DNA of 64,000 nt from Bryobacter sp. (GCA_022843625.1 JALHNH010000018.1:17435-81434), one strand, 5' to 3'; positions 47,257-58,806 are shown, numbered from the stretch's first letter. Numbers and translations: made by a program. The notes: generated by a model not told the origin, from the letters alone.

Positions 47257-48353
47257 AATTCGATCCAGCCATCCATCTTTTCTTCCTTCGGGCCGATGGT
47301 TTTCGAGGGGTCCGGATTGGAGGGATTGTTGGCTGAGTTGTCGTAGGTGGCGGTGAGAGTGATGCGTGTTCCCCGGGGTAGTCTCACAGGTTTTGCGTTC
47401 ACATATCTTGTCTGCCACTGGACATCGTAGTCGCGAATTTCGAGCAGAATTTCGTTGTGGCCGTCGGGATATGTGGCATCAAAACGCATGGTGCGGCCAC
47501 GGTAGCCCATTAGGCCCAAATAGCTGAGCACATCGGCATCTTCGTTCAGAGTGGTCTGAGAAGTGACGGTGTGCTTTTCTGCGTTTGGGGGGATAGAGAA
47601 GGTGTTGTTGGTGAGATGAATCTGGCGGAGTTCGCGCTGGGGTGCTTGCCTGGCGAAGCGCATTGCGATGCTGGTTTTATCCTTTTCGTCTTTGCCCGGG
47701 GCGTAGTGAATTGTGAAATGCAGCTTTGCACCGGCAGGTATGAGCACGGCTGTGCCGCTGGGGGGTGGGAGCAGCTTTGTGCCAGGCAGGAAGGTGGCGA
47801 GGATCCTGCCATCGATTGCGACCTGGACGTGATGGACAACCTTTGGATTGCCGGGGCGGATTTCGAGGGCTTCGACCCACTTGGGTTCCTTGAGATTGGT
47901 ATCGACGGTGAAAGTTTGCTGGTCTTCGGGGCCGTTGGAGCCGAGGGTGAATTCATCGATTGAGTAGATGGCATCGGGTTTGCCGATTTGCCAGCCGGTG
48001 CGGAGTGGTGGCAGTGGGGGCAGGTCTTTGGGGTTGCCTTCAGGGGCTCCGTTGCGGGCCCAGGTGGCGATGGTTTCTATTTCTGAGTCGCTCAGGCGCG
48101 AATCGTTTTGGAAAGTGCCGTAGTGGGGATCAGCGTGCCAGGGGGGCATCTTGCGGGTGAGTACAGCTGCCAGAATTGCCTTGGCCCAGGGGCGGACTTC
48201 TTTGTAAGTAGTCAGAGACATCGGGGCCACCTGGCCGGGACGATGGCAGCCTGCGCAGTGCTTAAAAAGGATGGGCGAGACGTCGTGCGAAAAGGTTGGG
48301 GTTGCCGCTGGAAGCAGGAGGGGGAGACAGAAAAGCGCGGCCACCAGCTTCAT
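47250..48353 (-). CDS. Cytochrome c + copper type II monooxygenase-like secreted protein
   Basis: Signal peptide, CAGCH heme motif, KMPPW, VVHH, WQTRY and YDNSANNPSNPDP. Confidence 0.85.
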   Translation of the reverse strand: MKLVAALFCLPLLLPAATPTFSHDVSPILFKHCAGCHRPGQVAPMSLTTYKEVRPWAKAILAAVLTRKMPPWHADPHYGTFQNDSRLSDSEIETIATWARNGAPEGNPKDLPPLPPLRTGWQIGKPDAIYSIDEFTLGSNGPEDQQTFTVDTNLKEPKWVEALEIRPGNPKVVHHVQVAIDGRILATFLPGTKLLPPPSGTAVLIPAGAKLHFTIHYAPGKDEKDKTSIAMRFARQAPQRELRQIHLTNNTFSIPPNAEKHTVTSQTTLNEDADVLSYLGLMGYRGRTMRFDATYPDGHNEILLEIRDYDVQWQTRYVNAKPVRLPRGTRITLTATYDNSANNPSNPDPSKTIGPKEEKMDGWIEFY

Positions 48354-49764
48354 GTTTCGATTGTATCTCTGAGAGTGCGCGTTGGATCGCAGGGTCGCGG
48401 CGGGCCTCGATTTCATCACCAAATTCGACGCCAAGGGAGAGGTTGACGATCTCTTGTTCGAGGCGGTTCTGGACCCAATCGCGATCAATGGACCATTCGC
48501 CGAGGGTGGGCTGGACGTTGCGCTCGGAGAGCCAGCGCTGGTAGAGATCGAGGGTGGCCCGAGGCATTACGAAGCCGGATTGGGGCTTGGGGTTTGCGCG
48601 GAGCCATTCGGTGGCGTAGGAGGTGATCATGCCGTTGGAGTCGAGGAAGATTCTGAGGCGGGTGGGGCGCTCGGGGCCCTCTTCGATGTCGGGCTGAACG
48701 CCGGCTTTGGCTTCGTTGAGGCTGGGATCGATTTGCGAGCCCTCGTAACGGCGCTGGATGGAGCGGCCTTTGGGGGTGTAGTAATAAGCGGTGGTGAGAG
48801 CGAGGCCATTGCCGCCGGAGATGGGGAAGACGCTTTGCACAAGGCCCTTGCCGTAGCTGGGGAGGCCGATAATGCGGGCACGGTTGTTGTCCTGCAGGGC
48901 GGCGGCTACGACTTCGGAGCCACTGGCGCTTTTCTCGTTGATCAGGACGGTGAGGGGGAACTGATAGGGCTGGTTGTCGGCAGGGACGTCGATGTTTTCT
49001 TCTTTCTTCGAGCGACCTCGGACGCTGGTGATTTTGGCACCGGAGGGGAGGAAGAGAGAGGCGGTTTCGAGAGCAGTGGCGAAGACGCCGCCGGGGTTGT
49101 TGCGGAGGTCGAGGACGAGGCCTTTGAGGGCGTGGCCGCCTAGCTTTTCGATGGCGTTTTTGAGATCGCGGCCGGTCTTCTCTTCGAAGCTGCTGACGCG
49201 GATGTAGCCGAAGCCGGGCTTGAGGGCGAAGCTGCGCTCGACGGTGGGAGCGTTGAGGGTGGTGGGGCTGAGGACGAATTCGAGGGGGCGTGGGAAGTTC
49301 TGGCGGCGGACGCTCAGGAGGGCGTCTTTCTGCCGGGTGTAGGTGAGGTATTCGACCATTTGCTCCATGTCGAAGCGGCTGAGGGCGACGTTATTGATAG
49401 CAATGATTTCGTCGCCGGGGTTGAGGCCGGCGCGCTCGCTGGGGCTGGCTGGCATGGTTTGGAGGACGATGACGCGGCCGGGGAGGATGCTAACGATACT
49501 GCCGAAGCCTTTGCGAGTGGATGTCTCCATTTCGCGGAGTTGCTCGAACTGGTCTTTGTTGAAGAAGACGGAGTGGGGGTCGAGCTTGCGGAGCATTGAG
49601 GGGAGGACGCCGCTTTCGAAGGCGGGGCCGGCCTCAATGGGGGTCGCTGCGTTTTCTTCGATCAGCGAGAAGACTTGCGTGAAGAGGCGGACGTGGTCTA
49701 CGAGGCCAGAGGGGTCTGTCTGCGCGGCGAGGGTTAGCGGTAGGAGTAAAGCTAGGAGGCGCAT
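48262..49764 (-). CDS. S41 C-terminal processing protease (PDZ)
   Basis: LDPHS, PDZ domain, LDLRNNPGG, SASGSE and YGKGLVQ. Confidence 0.92.
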   Translation of the reverse strand: MRLLALLLPLTLAAQTDPSGLVDHVRLFTQVFSLIEENAATPIEAGPAFESGVLPSMLRKLDPHSVFFNKDQFEQLREMETSTRKGFGSIVSILPGRVIVLQTMPASPSERAGLNPGDEIIAINNVALSRFDMEQMVEYLTYTRQKDALLSVRRQNFPRPLEFVLSPTTLNAPTVERSFALKPGFGYIRVSSFEEKTGRDLKNAIEKLGGHALKGLVLDLRNNPGGVFATALETASLFLPSGAKITSVRGRSKKEENIDVPADNQPYQFPLTVLINEKSASGSEVVAAALQDNNRARIIGLPSYGKGLVQSVFPISGGNGLALTTAYYYTPKGRSIQRRYEGSQIDPSLNEAKAGVQPDIEEGPERPTRLRIFLDSNGMITSYATEWLRANPKPQSGFVMPRATLDLYQRWLSERNVQPTLGEWSIDRDWVQNRLEQEIVNLSLGVEFGDEIEARRDPAIQRALSEIQSKHEAGGRAFLSPPPASSGNPNLFARRLAHPF

Positions 49765-49766
49765 GA

Positions 49767-50747
49767 TCAGCGACGGAACTGCGTTGCCTTGTGGCGGGCG
49801 TGACGGGCGATGGCGAGATCGATCAGACGATCGAGCAGGTCAGCGTAGGCAATTCCGGAATGTTCCCACATTTTTGGATACATGCTGATGGAGGTGAAAC
49901 CTGGCAAGGTATTTACTTCATTGACGTAGAACTGGCCGGTTGCGGTTTCAAGCAAGAAGTCGACGCGGGACATTCCTTCGCAGTCGAGGGCGCGGACGGC
50001 GTCTACTGCCAACTTGCGGATGGTGGTGGTTTGGGCTTCGTCGAGATTGGCTGGAAGTTCGATGCGGGTGGTGTCGAGAATGTACTTGGCTTCGTAGTCG
50101 TAGAATTCGCGCTCGGGTAGGATCTCGCAGGGGTACGAGGCAGACATGTCTTCGTTACCGAGGACGCTGCATTCGAATTCACGGCCGACGATGGCTCGTT
50201 CGATGACTACTTTGCTGTCGTATTTTGCGGCCTCGTCGAGGGCAGCGATTAGAGATTCGCGGGTTTTGGCTTTGTTGATGCCAACGGAGGAGCCGAGGTT
50301 AGCGGGCTTGACGAAGACGGGGAGGCCGAGCTTGTCGATGATGGCATCGGGATTGAGGCCACCGCGGCGCTGGATTAGGAAGTCGACTGTGGGTACGCCG
50401 GCATCGCGGAGGACGCGCTTGGCTACTTCTTTATCCATGGCGACAGCGCTGCCCATGACTCCGGGGCCGACGTAAGGGAGGTCTGCGAGTTCGAAGAGGC
50501 CCTGCATGGTGCCGTCTTCGCCGAAGGTGCCGTGGGTGATTGGGAAGACTACGTCGATTTCGGGGTTCGCGCCAGGTTCGGGCTGGATCGCTTTGGGGCT
50601 CCATTTGCCTTCTGGCGAGACGAAATAACGATGGACGTGGTAGCGATCTGGATTGAGTTTGGCGATGATGGATTCGGCTGAGCGGAGGCTGACTTCGTGC
50701 TCGCCGGAGCGGCCGCCGTAGACAACGGCAACATTCAACTTGGACAT
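49767..50747 (-). CDS. ddl: D-alanine-D-alanine ligase
   Basis: GGRSGEHEVS, GEDGTMQG, GSSVG, YDYEAKY and NEVNTLPG. Confidence 0.96.
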   Translation of the reverse strand: MSKLNVAVVYGGRSGEHEVSLRSAESIIAKLNPDRYHVHRYFVSPEGKWSPKAIQPEPGANPEIDVVFPITHGTFGEDGTMQGLFELADLPYVGPGVMGSAVAMDKEVAKRVLRDAGVPTVDFLIQRRGGLNPDAIIDKLGLPVFVKPANLGSSVGINKAKTRESLIAALDEAAKYDSKVVIERAIVGREFECSVLGNEDMSASYPCEILPEREFYDYEAKYILDTTRIELPANLDEAQTTTIRKLAVDAVRALDCEGMSRVDFLLETATGQFYVNEVNTLPGFTSISMYPKMWEHSGIAYADLLDRLIDLAIARHARHKATQFRR

Positions 50748-51664
50748 TACTGTAGGATCCTTTTGCCCATGGCTGAGGCGATCAATTCGACAGCGAGGAG
50801 GGCGGTTCTGTTGGCCGTGTCGAGGATCGGGTTGACCTCGACGACTTCGATAGAGCGGAGGAGGTTTGAGTCGCTCAGGACTTCCATTGCAAGGTGGGCT
50901 TCGCGATAGGTGAGTCCACCACGGACAGGCGTACCGACGCCGGGGGCATCGTCGGGATCGATGCTGTCCATGTCGAAGGAGAGGTGGATGCCGTCGGTAC
51001 CTTTGCTGGCAGCTTCGATGGCGCGGGCCATGATGGTGCGCATGCCGAGCTCGTCGATGTCGCGCATGGTGAAGGCGCCCACGCCGCTGGTGGTGACGTT
51101 GGTGCTCTCTTCGTCGTCGACATCACGGATGCCGATGAGCACGGCGTTTTCGGCCTTGACCTTTGGCGAGAAGCCGCCGATGTGAGTGAGCTCGCGTGGG
51201 CCCATACCGAGGGTGGCAGCTAGCGGCATGCCGTGCACATTGCCGGAAGGGCTGGTGGCCGGGGTGTTCATGTCGGCGTGAGCGTCGATCCAGATCACGC
51301 CGATTTTCTTTTTGCTCTTGCGATAGTGTTTGGCCATGCCGGCGATGGTGCCAGCAGCTATGGAGTGATCGCCACCGAGTACGATGGGGAATTTTCCGTC
51401 GCCTGCGGCCTTCTCGACCATGCGGGCGAGGCGGACGCAACTGGTGGCGATCTCTGTCAGGAAGCGGGCTGAGGATGGCTTAGGGTGGATGGCTTCCGGC
51501 TGGACCACGTCGATGTTGCCGAGGTCTTCAACGTCGTAGCCGAGGGCACCGAGGCGAGCATGGAGGCTTGCTGCACGAACGGCAGAGGGGCCCATGTCGA
51601 CTCCGCGACGGCCGGCACCAAGATCCATCGGTGCGCCGATGACGGCTAGTTTCTGAACACGCAT
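50747..51664 (-). CDS. rocF: Arginase
   Basis: [20 protein letters not shown] and SFDMDSIDP. Confidence 0.94.
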   Translation of the reverse strand: MRVQKLAVIGAPMDLGAGRRGVDMGPSAVRAASLHARLGALGYDVEDLGNIDVVQPEAIHPKPSSARFLTEIATSCVRLARMVEKAAGDGKFPIVLGGDHSIAAGTIAGMAKHYRKSKKKIGVIWIDAHADMNTPATSPSGNVHGMPLAATLGMGPRELTHIGGFSPKVKAENAVLIGIRDVDDEESTNVTTSGVGAFTMRDIDELGMRTIMARAIEAASKGTDGIHLSFDMDSIDPDDAPGVGTPVRGGLTYREAHLAMEVLSDSNLLRSIEVVEVNPILDTANRTALLAVELIASAMGKRILQ

Positions 51665-52977
51665 CAGGGACGAGTCCTGTAGAGCATACGCGGGTAGGCG
51701 ATGGCTTCACGCAGGTGGTCGAGGCCACACATCCAACTGACGGTGCGCTCGATGCCCATGCCGAAGCCGGCGTGCGGGACGCTGCCGAACTTGCGGAGGT
51801 CGAGATACCAGTCGAAGGCTTCCTGGGGGAGATTGTGCTCTTCGAGGCGCTTGAGCAGGAGGTTCAGATCGTGGATGCGCTGTCCGCCGCCGATGATCTC
51901 GCCGTAGCCTTCGGGGGCGATGACGTCGACGCCGAGCGCGAGCTCGGGGCGCAGTTCGTCAGGCTGGAAGTAAAAGGCTTTGATCTCGCTTGGGTACTTG
52001 TCGACCAGGACGGGGCGATCGAGCTCTTCGGTGAGAAGCGTTTCGTCGGTGTTGCCGAAGTCTGCGCCCCACTGGATTTCGCTGCCTTTGGCCTGGAGGA
52101 CTTTGACGGCATCGTCGTAGCTCATGCGCGGGAAGGGGCCCTTGATGCTTTCGAGCTTGGAGACGTCGCGCTCGAGGATCTTGAGTTCTTCCTGACGGCG
52201 GGTGAGGACGCGGTCGACGATCGAGCAGACGAGGCCTTCGGCGAGGACCTTTACGTCTTCGAGGGTGGCGTAGGCCATTTCGGGTTCGACCATCCAGAAC
52301 TCGGTGAGGTGGCGACGGGTCTTCGATTTTTCGGCACGGAAGGTGGGGCCGAAGCAATAGACTTTGCCAAAGGCCATGGCGTTGGCTTCGTTGTAAAGTT
52401 GGCCGCTTTGGGTGAGGTAGACTTTTTCGTCTTCGAAGTAGTCGACTTCAAAGAGTGTTGAGGTGCCTTCGCATGCGGCTGGCGTAAAGATGGGCGTGTC
52501 GACAAGCAGGAAGCCGTTGTTGTCGAAGAAGTCGCGGACGGCACTGATGACTTCGTGACGGATGCGGGCGATTGCGAACTGGCGTTTGGAGCGCAGCCAG
52601 AGGTGGCGACGATCCATGAGGAAGTCGATGCCGTGGTCTTTGGGGGTGATCGGGTAGGGATCGGCTTCGGTGACGAGTTGGTGGACCGTTACGTCCTGAA
52701 CATCGAGTTCAAAGCCACCGGGGGCGCGGCTTTCGGCACGGACTTTGCCGACGATGGTTAGAGATGATTCCTGGGTGAGGCCTCGGATGGCCTCGAAGAG
52801 GTCTTCAGGCAGTTCGGCCTTTACGGCGACACACTGCAAAAAGCCGGTGCCATCGCGGAGGATGGGGAAGGCAATCTTGCCGCTGCGGCGGAGGTTGTAC
52901 AACCAGCCGGAGAGGCGCACAATCTGGCCATCGTATTGGCCAATGGTTGCGATCGATACACGGGGAAATTCACTCAT
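51664..52977 (-). CDS. asnS: Asparagine-tRNA ligase
   Basis: OB fold, [24 protein letters not shown] and [11 protein letters not shown]. Confidence 0.93.
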   Translation of the reverse strand: MSEFPRVSIATIGQYDGQIVRLSGWLYNLRRSGKIAFPILRDGTGFLQCVAVKAELPEDLFEAIRGLTQESSLTIVGKVRAESRAPGGFELDVQDVTVHQLVTEADPYPITPKDHGIDFLMDRRHLWLRSKRQFAIARIRHEVISAVRDFFDNNGFLLVDTPIFTPAACEGTSTLFEVDYFEDEKVYLTQSGQLYNEANAMAFGKVYCFGPTFRAEKSKTRRHLTEFWMVEPEMAYATLEDVKVLAEGLVCSIVDRVLTRRQEELKILERDVSKLESIKGPFPRMSYDDAVKVLQAKGSEIQWGADFGNTDETLLTEELDRPVLVDKYPSEIKAFYFQPDELRPELALGVDVIAPEGYGEIIGGGQRIHDLNLLLKRLEEHNLPQEAFDWYLDLRKFGSVPHAGFGMGIERTVSWMCGLDHLREAIAYPRMLYRTRP

Positions 52978-53837
52978 CGGGATTCTCTATCTTCTTCGTT
53001 CCAAGGTTCAAGGTCTTCAAGGCGGCGGAAGACTTCGGCTGCGGCCTCAATAGCCTTGGGGATGTCGGGTACTTCGCGTAGCTCGAGCAGTAGCGGGTAC
53101 TGGCCGTCGCGCTCGCGGAGGAGGTTCATGATTTTTCGCCAGTTGACGGTGCCGTCGGAGGCCATGAAGGGGAAGCGGTGGTTGTCGTTTTTGCCGTCAT
53201 TGTCGTGGACGTGGGTGGACTTGACCCGGTCTTTCATGATGTCCCACTCGTTTTCGATGCCGGCCATAATGTGGGCGTGGCCGGTGTCGAAGCAGAAGCC
53301 ATTTTTAAGGTGGGTCATTTCGATGAAGCCCATGAGGCGTTCGCCACTGGAGAAGGAATTGGGAATGTTTTCGAGGAGAATTTCGACGCCACGATTGCGG
53401 GCGAAGAGGTTGAGCTCTTCGAGGGCGGTGAAGGCGGCATCCCACTTGGCGAGGTCGAAGGTTTCGCCACCAACGCCGAGGTGCTGGACGGCGAACTTGC
53501 AGGGGATGACTTCTGCGACTTCGAGAGCCCGCTTGATTTCGTCGACCATTTCCTGACGCTTGGGCTTGCTCAGTTCGGTGAGTGTGAGGGTTGCATTGGG
53601 GCTGCTTTTGCCCCATTGATCGTCGCTGTACATGGGCATGTGAAGCGAGTGCAGTTTGAGTTGAGAATCGCGAAACCAGTGGCCGAGTTCGTTGACCTGA
53701 GCTTTGTTGCGGTAGTCGAGATGCTGACGGGCGCAGAAGATTTCCACCTGGGGGATGCCGGCTTCCCAGATGCGGTCTAGCCAGACGGAGGTGAGGCGGT
53801 GTTGGATGCAGATATGGGTGGAGAGAACGTGATCCAT
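52974..53837 (-). CDS. Sugar phosphate isomerase/epimerase (AP endonuclease 2 TIM barrel)
   Basis: LLEN, FDTGHAH, HVHDNDG..H and LLLE metal ligands. Confidence 0.85.
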   Translation of the reverse strand: MDHVLSTHICIQHRLTSVWLDRIWEAGIPQVEIFCARQHLDYRNKAQVNELGHWFRDSQLKLHSLHMPMYSDDQWGKSSPNATLTLTELSKPKRQEMVDEIKRALEVAEVIPCKFAVQHLGVGGETFDLAKWDAAFTALEELNLFARNRGVEILLENIPNSFSSGERLMGFIEMTHLKNGFCFDTGHAHIMAGIENEWDIMKDRVKSTHVHDNDGKNDNHRFPFMASDGTVNWRKIMNLLRERDGQYPLLLELREVPDIPKAIEAAAEVFRRLEDLEPWNEEDRESR

Positions 53838-53846
53838 GAATGTTAC

Positions 53847-55505
53847 TTAGTAGCCGGCGGCCTTGCCATTGGTACGCCCATCGGGGGCACCCTGGAGCCA
53901 GCGGTCTTCCACTAGGATGCCATGTACGTTGGAGACGCTGGGGGTTCCGGTTTCGACGGCGTGACCGAGACGCTTGAGGATTTCGACTGTGTCGGGGCTC
54001 CAGCCGCGTTCGAGGTAGAGTTTGTCGGGAAGCCACTGGTGGTGGAGGCGAGGGGCGTCGATGGCATCCTGCATGTTGAGTTTGAAGTCGAGGACATGGA
54101 GGATGGCTTGCATTACGCCGGTGATGATGCGGGTGCCGCCAGGGGCACCGATGACCAGGAGGAGCTTGCCGTCTTTGGTGACGATGGTGGGAGTCATGCT
54201 GGAGAGCATGCGCTTGCCGGGGGCGATTGCATTGGCTTCGCCACCGACAGCACCGAACATGTTAGCGGCCCCAGGTTTGGCGGAGAAGTCGTCCATCTCG
54301 TTGTTCATGAGGAAGCCGAGGCCCGGGACAGTGACGCCGCTGCCGTAGCCGCCGTTGAGGGTGTAGGTGAGAGAGACGGCATTGCCTTTTTCGTCGACGA
54401 TCGAGAGGTGAGTGGTTTCGGGGCTCTCGGCTGGAGGGACAGGACCGTGGGTGAGGTCTTTGGAGTTGGTGGCCTTGTCCATCGAGATCGAGTTCGTACG
54501 GTCTGCGATGTAGGTTGGGGCGAGAAGGGCCGAGATGGGGTTCTTGACGAAATCGGGGTCGCCCAGGAATTGGCTGCGATCGGCATAGAAGCGGCGCATG
54601 ACTTCGGCGAGGATGTGGGCGTGGCGGGCGCTGCCCATGCCGGCCTTAGCGTAGTCGAGACGTTCGAGCATGCCCATCATCTGGAGCATGCCGACGCCGC
54701 CGGAGGAGGGTGGAGGGGCGGCGATGATGTCATGACCGCGGTATTTGCCGAGGAGGGGCTTGCGTTCTACGGCCTGGTAGGAGCGGAGATCTTCTTCTGT
54801 GATGAGGCCGCCGTTTTTGGCCATTTCGGCTGCGAGGATCTTTGCTGTCTGGCCCTGGTAGAACTCGTCGGGGCCCTTCTTGGCGATGCGCTCAAGGGTT
54901 TTGGCAAGTTCCGGGAGGCGAAGGGTTTCGCCAGCTTGGTAGTAGGTTCCATTCTTGAGATAAACCCGTTTGGATTCTGGGAACTGGCCCATGTTGCGTT
55001 CTGCGCTTCGGAGGCCACGGGCGATGGAGTAAGAGAGTTCAAAGCCGTTTCTGGCGAGCTTGACGCTGGGCATTACGACGTCTTTCCATTTAAGGAGGCC
55101 GTATTTTTTGTGGAGGAGAGCGAGGCCACGGACAGTGCCGGGGACGCCGCTGGCGCGCCAGCCGAGGATGCTGTCGCGGGTGGGCTTGCCCTGGGCATCA
55201 AGGTACATGTCGCGACTAGATTTGCCGGGAGCTTTTTCGCGGAAGTCGATAAAGTTTGTATCGCCGTTAGCAGCTCGGACGAGGGCGAAGCCACCGCCGC
55301 CAATGTTGCCTGCGCTGGGGTAGGTGACGGCAAGGGCGAAGCCGACAGCAACGGCGGCGTCGTAGGCGTTGCCGCCTTTTTTCAAGATCTGAACGCCGAC
55401 GTCGGTGGCTATGGGTTCCTGAGAGACGACCATAGCTTTGCGGGCTCTTACTGGATCATGGGCAAGCAGGGCGCTTGCAAGGATCAGGCCGATTGCAAAT
55501 TTCAT
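53847..55505 (-). CDS. ggt: Gamma-glutamyltransferase
   Basis: GGNAYDAA, ETTHLS autocleavage Thr, NNEMDDF and LSSMTP. Confidence 0.95.
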   Translation of the reverse strand: MKFAIGLILASALLAHDPVRARKAMVVSQEPIATDVGVQILKKGGNAYDAAVAVGFALAVTYPSAGNIGGGGFALVRAANGDTNFIDFREKAPGKSSRDMYLDAQGKPTRDSILGWRASGVPGTVRGLALLHKKYGLLKWKDVVMPSVKLARNGFELSYSIARGLRSAERNMGQFPESKRVYLKNGTYYQAGETLRLPELAKTLERIAKKGPDEFYQGQTAKILAAEMAKNGGLITEEDLRSYQAVERKPLLGKYRGHDIIAAPPPSSGGVGMLQMMGMLERLDYAKAGMGSARHAHILAEVMRRFYADRSQFLGDPDFVKNPISALLAPTYIADRTNSISMDKATNSKDLTHGPVPPAESPETTHLSIVDEKGNAVSLTYTLNGGYGSGVTVPGLGFLMNNEMDDFSAKPGAANMFGAVGGEANAIAPGKRMLSSMTPTIVTKDGKLLLVIGAPGGTRIITGVMQAILHVLDFKLNMQDAIDAPRLHHQWLPDKLYLERGWSPDTVEILKRLGHAVETGTPSVSNVHGILVEDRWLQGAPDGRTNGKAAGY

Positions 55506-56221
55506 TCGGAGATGCCTCGCTGGCGTTTCCAATCGAACATGACGATGCCAGCGGCAACGCTTACGTTGAGGCTGGGGATGGGGCCGCTCATGGGGATGCG
55601 GAGGAGGAAGTCGCAGGCCTTTCGTACGTTGTCGTGAAGGCCATTGCCTTCGGCCCCGAGAACAATCACCGTTTTCGCATCGAAGCCCGCGTTGTCGTAA
55701 CTGCGATCCCCTCGTTCGTCGATTCCGTAAATCCAGTAGCCGGACTTTTTGAACTTTTCGATTGCCTGGGCAATGTTGGTGACCCGTACAATCTTCATGT
55801 GTTCAAGGGCACCGGCGGCGGCCTTGGCTACCGTTTCGGTGACGCCGACGGCTCGGCGTTCTGGAATGACGACAGCGCCTGCGCCTGCGGCGGAAGCGCT
55901 GCGGAGGATTGCGCCGAGATTGTGGGGGTCTTCGACGCCATCGAGGACGATGATCAGATCGCTGCCAACAACGTTGTCGAATTCTTCATATTCTTTTTCT
56001 GCGCCGATCGCCACGATGCCCTGGTGGTTGGAATTACCACCAGCGTTTCGATCCAGGGCTTCGCGGGGTTCAAACCGGACGGTAACCTTGCGCTGACGGC
56101 AAAGGTCGACGATTTCCTGAATCTTGGGGCCGCCTGCACCTTTGGCGACCAATACGCGGTCGAGGGGTCTGCCCGCAACCAGTGCTTCTTTTACGGGATG
56201 AATCCCTATCAATATCGCCAT
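55502..56221 (-). CDS. rlmB: 23S rRNA Gm2251 methyltransferase (SpoU)
   Basis: HQGIVA, DPHNLGAILRS, GAEGNG and SLNVSVA. Confidence 0.92.
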   Translation of the reverse strand: MAILIGIHPVKEALVAGRPLDRVLVAKGAGGPKIQEIVDLCRQRKVTVRFEPREALDRNAGGNSNHQGIVAIGAEKEYEEFDNVVGSDLIIVLDGVEDPHNLGAILRSASAAGAGAVVIPERRAVGVTETVAKAAAGALEHMKIVRVTNIAQAIEKFKKSGYWIYGIDERGDRSYDNAGFDAKTVIVLGAEGNGLHDNVRKACDFLLRIPMSGPIPSLNVSVAAGIVMFDWKRQRGISE

Positions 56222-56243
56222 CTATACTAAAAGTAACCCCTTC

Positions 56244-57446
56244 ATGAGCTCTGGCAGCTATTCTTTAGCCATTTCGCAACCCGATCTGGACACAACAAAT
56301 CGTAGAATTTATTTCTCCCTAATCTTACTCTGCGTTGGGCATTTTTTCATTGATGTCTATAGTTCGGCCCTGGCGGCCTTTCAACCGCACCTGGCGGCGA
56401 AGATGGGAATCAACCTGACGGAAGCTGGATTTCTGGCGGGAATTTATGTGTTTGCGAACTCTGTGACGCAGCCGGGATTTGGTTACCTGTCGGATAAATT
56501 GCATTCGTCATTATTTACGACGCTGGCGCCGATGGTGGCCGGGATTGGGGTTTCGATGATTGGACTGGCCCCTAGCTACACGATGGTGATCAGCATGGCG
56601 GTGATTGGGGGACTTGGGATTTCAAGCTTTCATCCGCAGGCGAGTGCGCGGGCGACGCAGGGGATTGTGGGAAACAAGCCGTTCTGGATGGCTGTGTTTA
56701 TTTGCTCGGGGACTTCGGGGCTGGCACTGGGGCCTACTTATTTTGCGTGGATCATTGAGCGGTTTGGGATTGAAAAGAGCTGGTATGGTGGAATCCCGGG
56801 AGTGCTGGTGACGCTGATGTTGCTGAGCTATCTGCCGGCTGCACCGGAGGCGAGTGCGGCGAAGAAGCGGTTTGATCTCGCCCCGCTGAAGGCAGTGTGG
56901 CGGCCGCTGACGATTCTCTATTTTCTGGTTTTTATTCGCTCGATTGTGCAGATTTCGTTCACGCAGTTCTTGCCGCTTTATCTGACACGGGAGCGTGGGT
57001 TCACGGTAACGGGGGCGAGCCAGGCATTGAGTCTTTATCTTGCCAGTGGGGCGATGGGTGGCTTTGTGGGAGGCAATATTGCCAACCGCTTTGGGGGCCG
57101 AACGACGATTCTGATTTCGATGATCGGGTCTGTTCCGTTTCTTGTGACTTTCTTTTTTACTTCGGGCTGGATCTCGCTTGCTAGCCTGGCGCTGGGAGGT
57201 TTGGTCTTGCTGTTCACGATTCCGGTGAATGTGGTGATGGGGCAGGAGCTTGCTCCGGGGCAAGCGGGAACGGTTTCTGCACTGATGATGGGCTTTGCCT
57301 GGGGGATGGCTGGATTTTTGTTCATCCCGGTGATTGGCAAAGTGTCCGATGTGATCGGCCTGCACAATGTGTTGCTGTCGCTGGTGATTTTCCCGGTGAT
57401 CGGATTCTTTTTGACTTTGACTTATCCAAAGGACGTGCGCGCATGA
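56244..57446 (+). CDS. MFS transporter (Fsr-like)
   Basis: About 12 TM helices, [10 protein letters not shown] and SSFHP. Confidence 0.88.
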   Translation: MSSGSYSLAISQPDLDTTNRRIYFSLILLCVGHFFIDVYSSALAAFQPHLAAKMGINLTEAGFLAGIYVFANSVTQPGFGYLSDKLHSSLFTTLAPMVAGIGVSMIGLAPSYTMVISMAVIGGLGISSFHPQASARATQGIVGNKPFWMAVFICSGTSGLALGPTYFAWIIERFGIEKSWYGGIPGVLVTLMLLSYLPAAPEASAAKKRFDLAPLKAVWRPLTILYFLVFIRSIVQISFTQFLPLYLTRERGFTVTGASQALSLYLASGAMGGFVGGNIANRFGGRTTILISMIGSVPFLVTFFFTSGWISLASLALGGLVLLFTIPVNVVMGQELAPGQAGTVSALMMGFAWGMAGFLFIPVIGKVSDVIGLHNVLLSLVIFPVIGFFLTLTYPKDVRA

Positions 57447-58132
57447 AGCCCGCTGTTTGTCTGTTATCGGGAGGACTCGATTCCTCTACCTGTCTTGCCT
57501 ATGCGCGTCGCGAAGGCTTTGATTGTTATGCGCTGAGCTTTGATTATGGCCAGCGGCATTTGTTTGAACTGGAGGCAGCAAAGCGGGTGGCGGCGAGTCT
57601 TGGGGCGGTAGAGCATAAGATCATCAAGCTTGATTTGCGGGCCTTTGGAGGGTCTGCGCTGACGGCGGATATCGATGTACCGAAGTCGCGGAGCGGGGAC
57701 GAGATGGGCCATGGCATCCCGGTGACTTATGTGCCGGCGCGCAATACGATTTTTCTGTCGCTGGCGCTCGCCTGGGCTGAGGTGCTGGGGGCTGCGGATA
57801 TCTTTATCGGAGTGAATGCGATTGATTACTCGGGCTATCCGGATTGCCGGCCTGAGTACATTGCGGCGTTTACGAAGATGGCGGATTTGGCAACTCGTAG
57901 TGGCGTTGAGGGCACGACGCAGTTGAAGATTCATACGCCGTTGATTCAGATGTCGAAGGCTGAGATTACGCGGCTGGCCGTTGAGTTGGGAGTGGATTGC
58001 GGACTCACCTTTACCTGCTATGACCCGGACGAAGAGGGCCGGCCGTGCGGGGGTTGCGACGCGTGCCAATTGAGATTGAAGGGCTTTGCCGAAGCCGGGC
58101 TAACCGACCCACTGGAATACCAGACGCGATGA
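57443..58132 (+). CDS. queC: 7-cyano-7-deazaguanine synthase
   Basis: SGGLDS, YGQRH, YVPARN, YPDCR and CGGCDAC. Confidence 0.96.
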   Translation: MKPAVCLLSGGLDSSTCLAYARREGFDCYALSFDYGQRHLFELEAAKRVAASLGAVEHKIIKLDLRAFGGSALTADIDVPKSRSGDEMGHGIPVTYVPARNTIFLSLALAWAEVLGAADIFIGVNAIDYSGYPDCRPEYIAAFTKMADLATRSGVEGTTQLKIHTPLIQMSKAEITRLAVELGVDCGLTFTCYDPDEEGRPCGGCDACQLRLKGFAEAGLTDPLEYQTR

Positions 58133-58806
58133 AGATTAGCGAGATTTTTCATTCGATTCAAGGTGAGGGGATTCTGGCCGGGGTGTCGAGCGTGTTCATC
58201 CGGACGTCGGGCTGCAACCTGAGATGTACGTGGTGCGATACGCCTTATACGAGCTGGAAGCCGGAGGGGACAGACCAGACTGTCGAATCGATTCTGCGGG
58301 TGGTGGAGCAGTATCCGGCTCGCCATATGGTGCTGACTGGAGGCGAGCCGATGTTGTTTGAAGAATCAGTTGTGCTTTGCGATGCGTTGCGGAAGCTGGG
58401 GCATCACATCACGATTGAGACGGCGGGGACGGTGTTTCGCCCGGTGGCCTGCGACTTGATGAGTATCTCGCCGAAGCTGTCGAACTCTACGCCACACCAG
58501 GATCCGTATTGGTCTATCCAGCATGAGAAGTTGCGCATGCAGCCGGAGGTGCTGCGGAGGTTGATGGGGCACTGCGATTATCAGGTGAAGTTTGTGGTTG
58601 CTGCGCCGGAGGATCTGGATGAGATTGACCCGCTGGTTGCAGAATTGGGGGCTGAGCCCGAGAAGGTATTGTTGATGCCTGAGGGGCGGGACCCGAAGAC
58701 GCTGAACGAGCGGTCTGTCTGGATTGCGGAGCTTTGCAAGTCGCGGGGATACCGGTATTCGCCCCGGCTGCATGTGTTGCTATGGGGCGACAAGCGGGGG
58801 ATCTGA
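58129..58806 (+). CDS. queE: 7-carboxy-7-deazaguanine synthase (radical SAM)
   Basis: [16 protein letters not shown] and TGGEP. ATGA-coupled to queC. Confidence 0.94.
   Translation: MKISEIFHSIQGEGILAGVSSVFIRTSGCNLRCTWCDTPYTSWKPEGTDQTVESILRVVEQYPARHMVLTGGEPMLFEESVVLCDALRKLGHHITIETAGTVFRPVACDLMSISPKLSNSTPHQDPYWSIQHEKLRMQPEVLRRLMGHCDYQVKFVVAAPEDLDEIDPLVAELGAEPEKVLLMPEGRDPKTLNERSVWIAELCKSRGYRYSPRLHVLLWGDKRGI

Noticed and set aside
53922-55637. 571-aa ORF antisense to ggt
   Set aside because: Codon-aligned mirror of a clear gene, with no recognisable domain.
57443-58806. queCE as a 7-deazaguanine DNA-modification (dpd) system
   Set aside because: No dpdA/tgt-like or other dpd genes nearby; consistent with ordinary queuosine synthesis.
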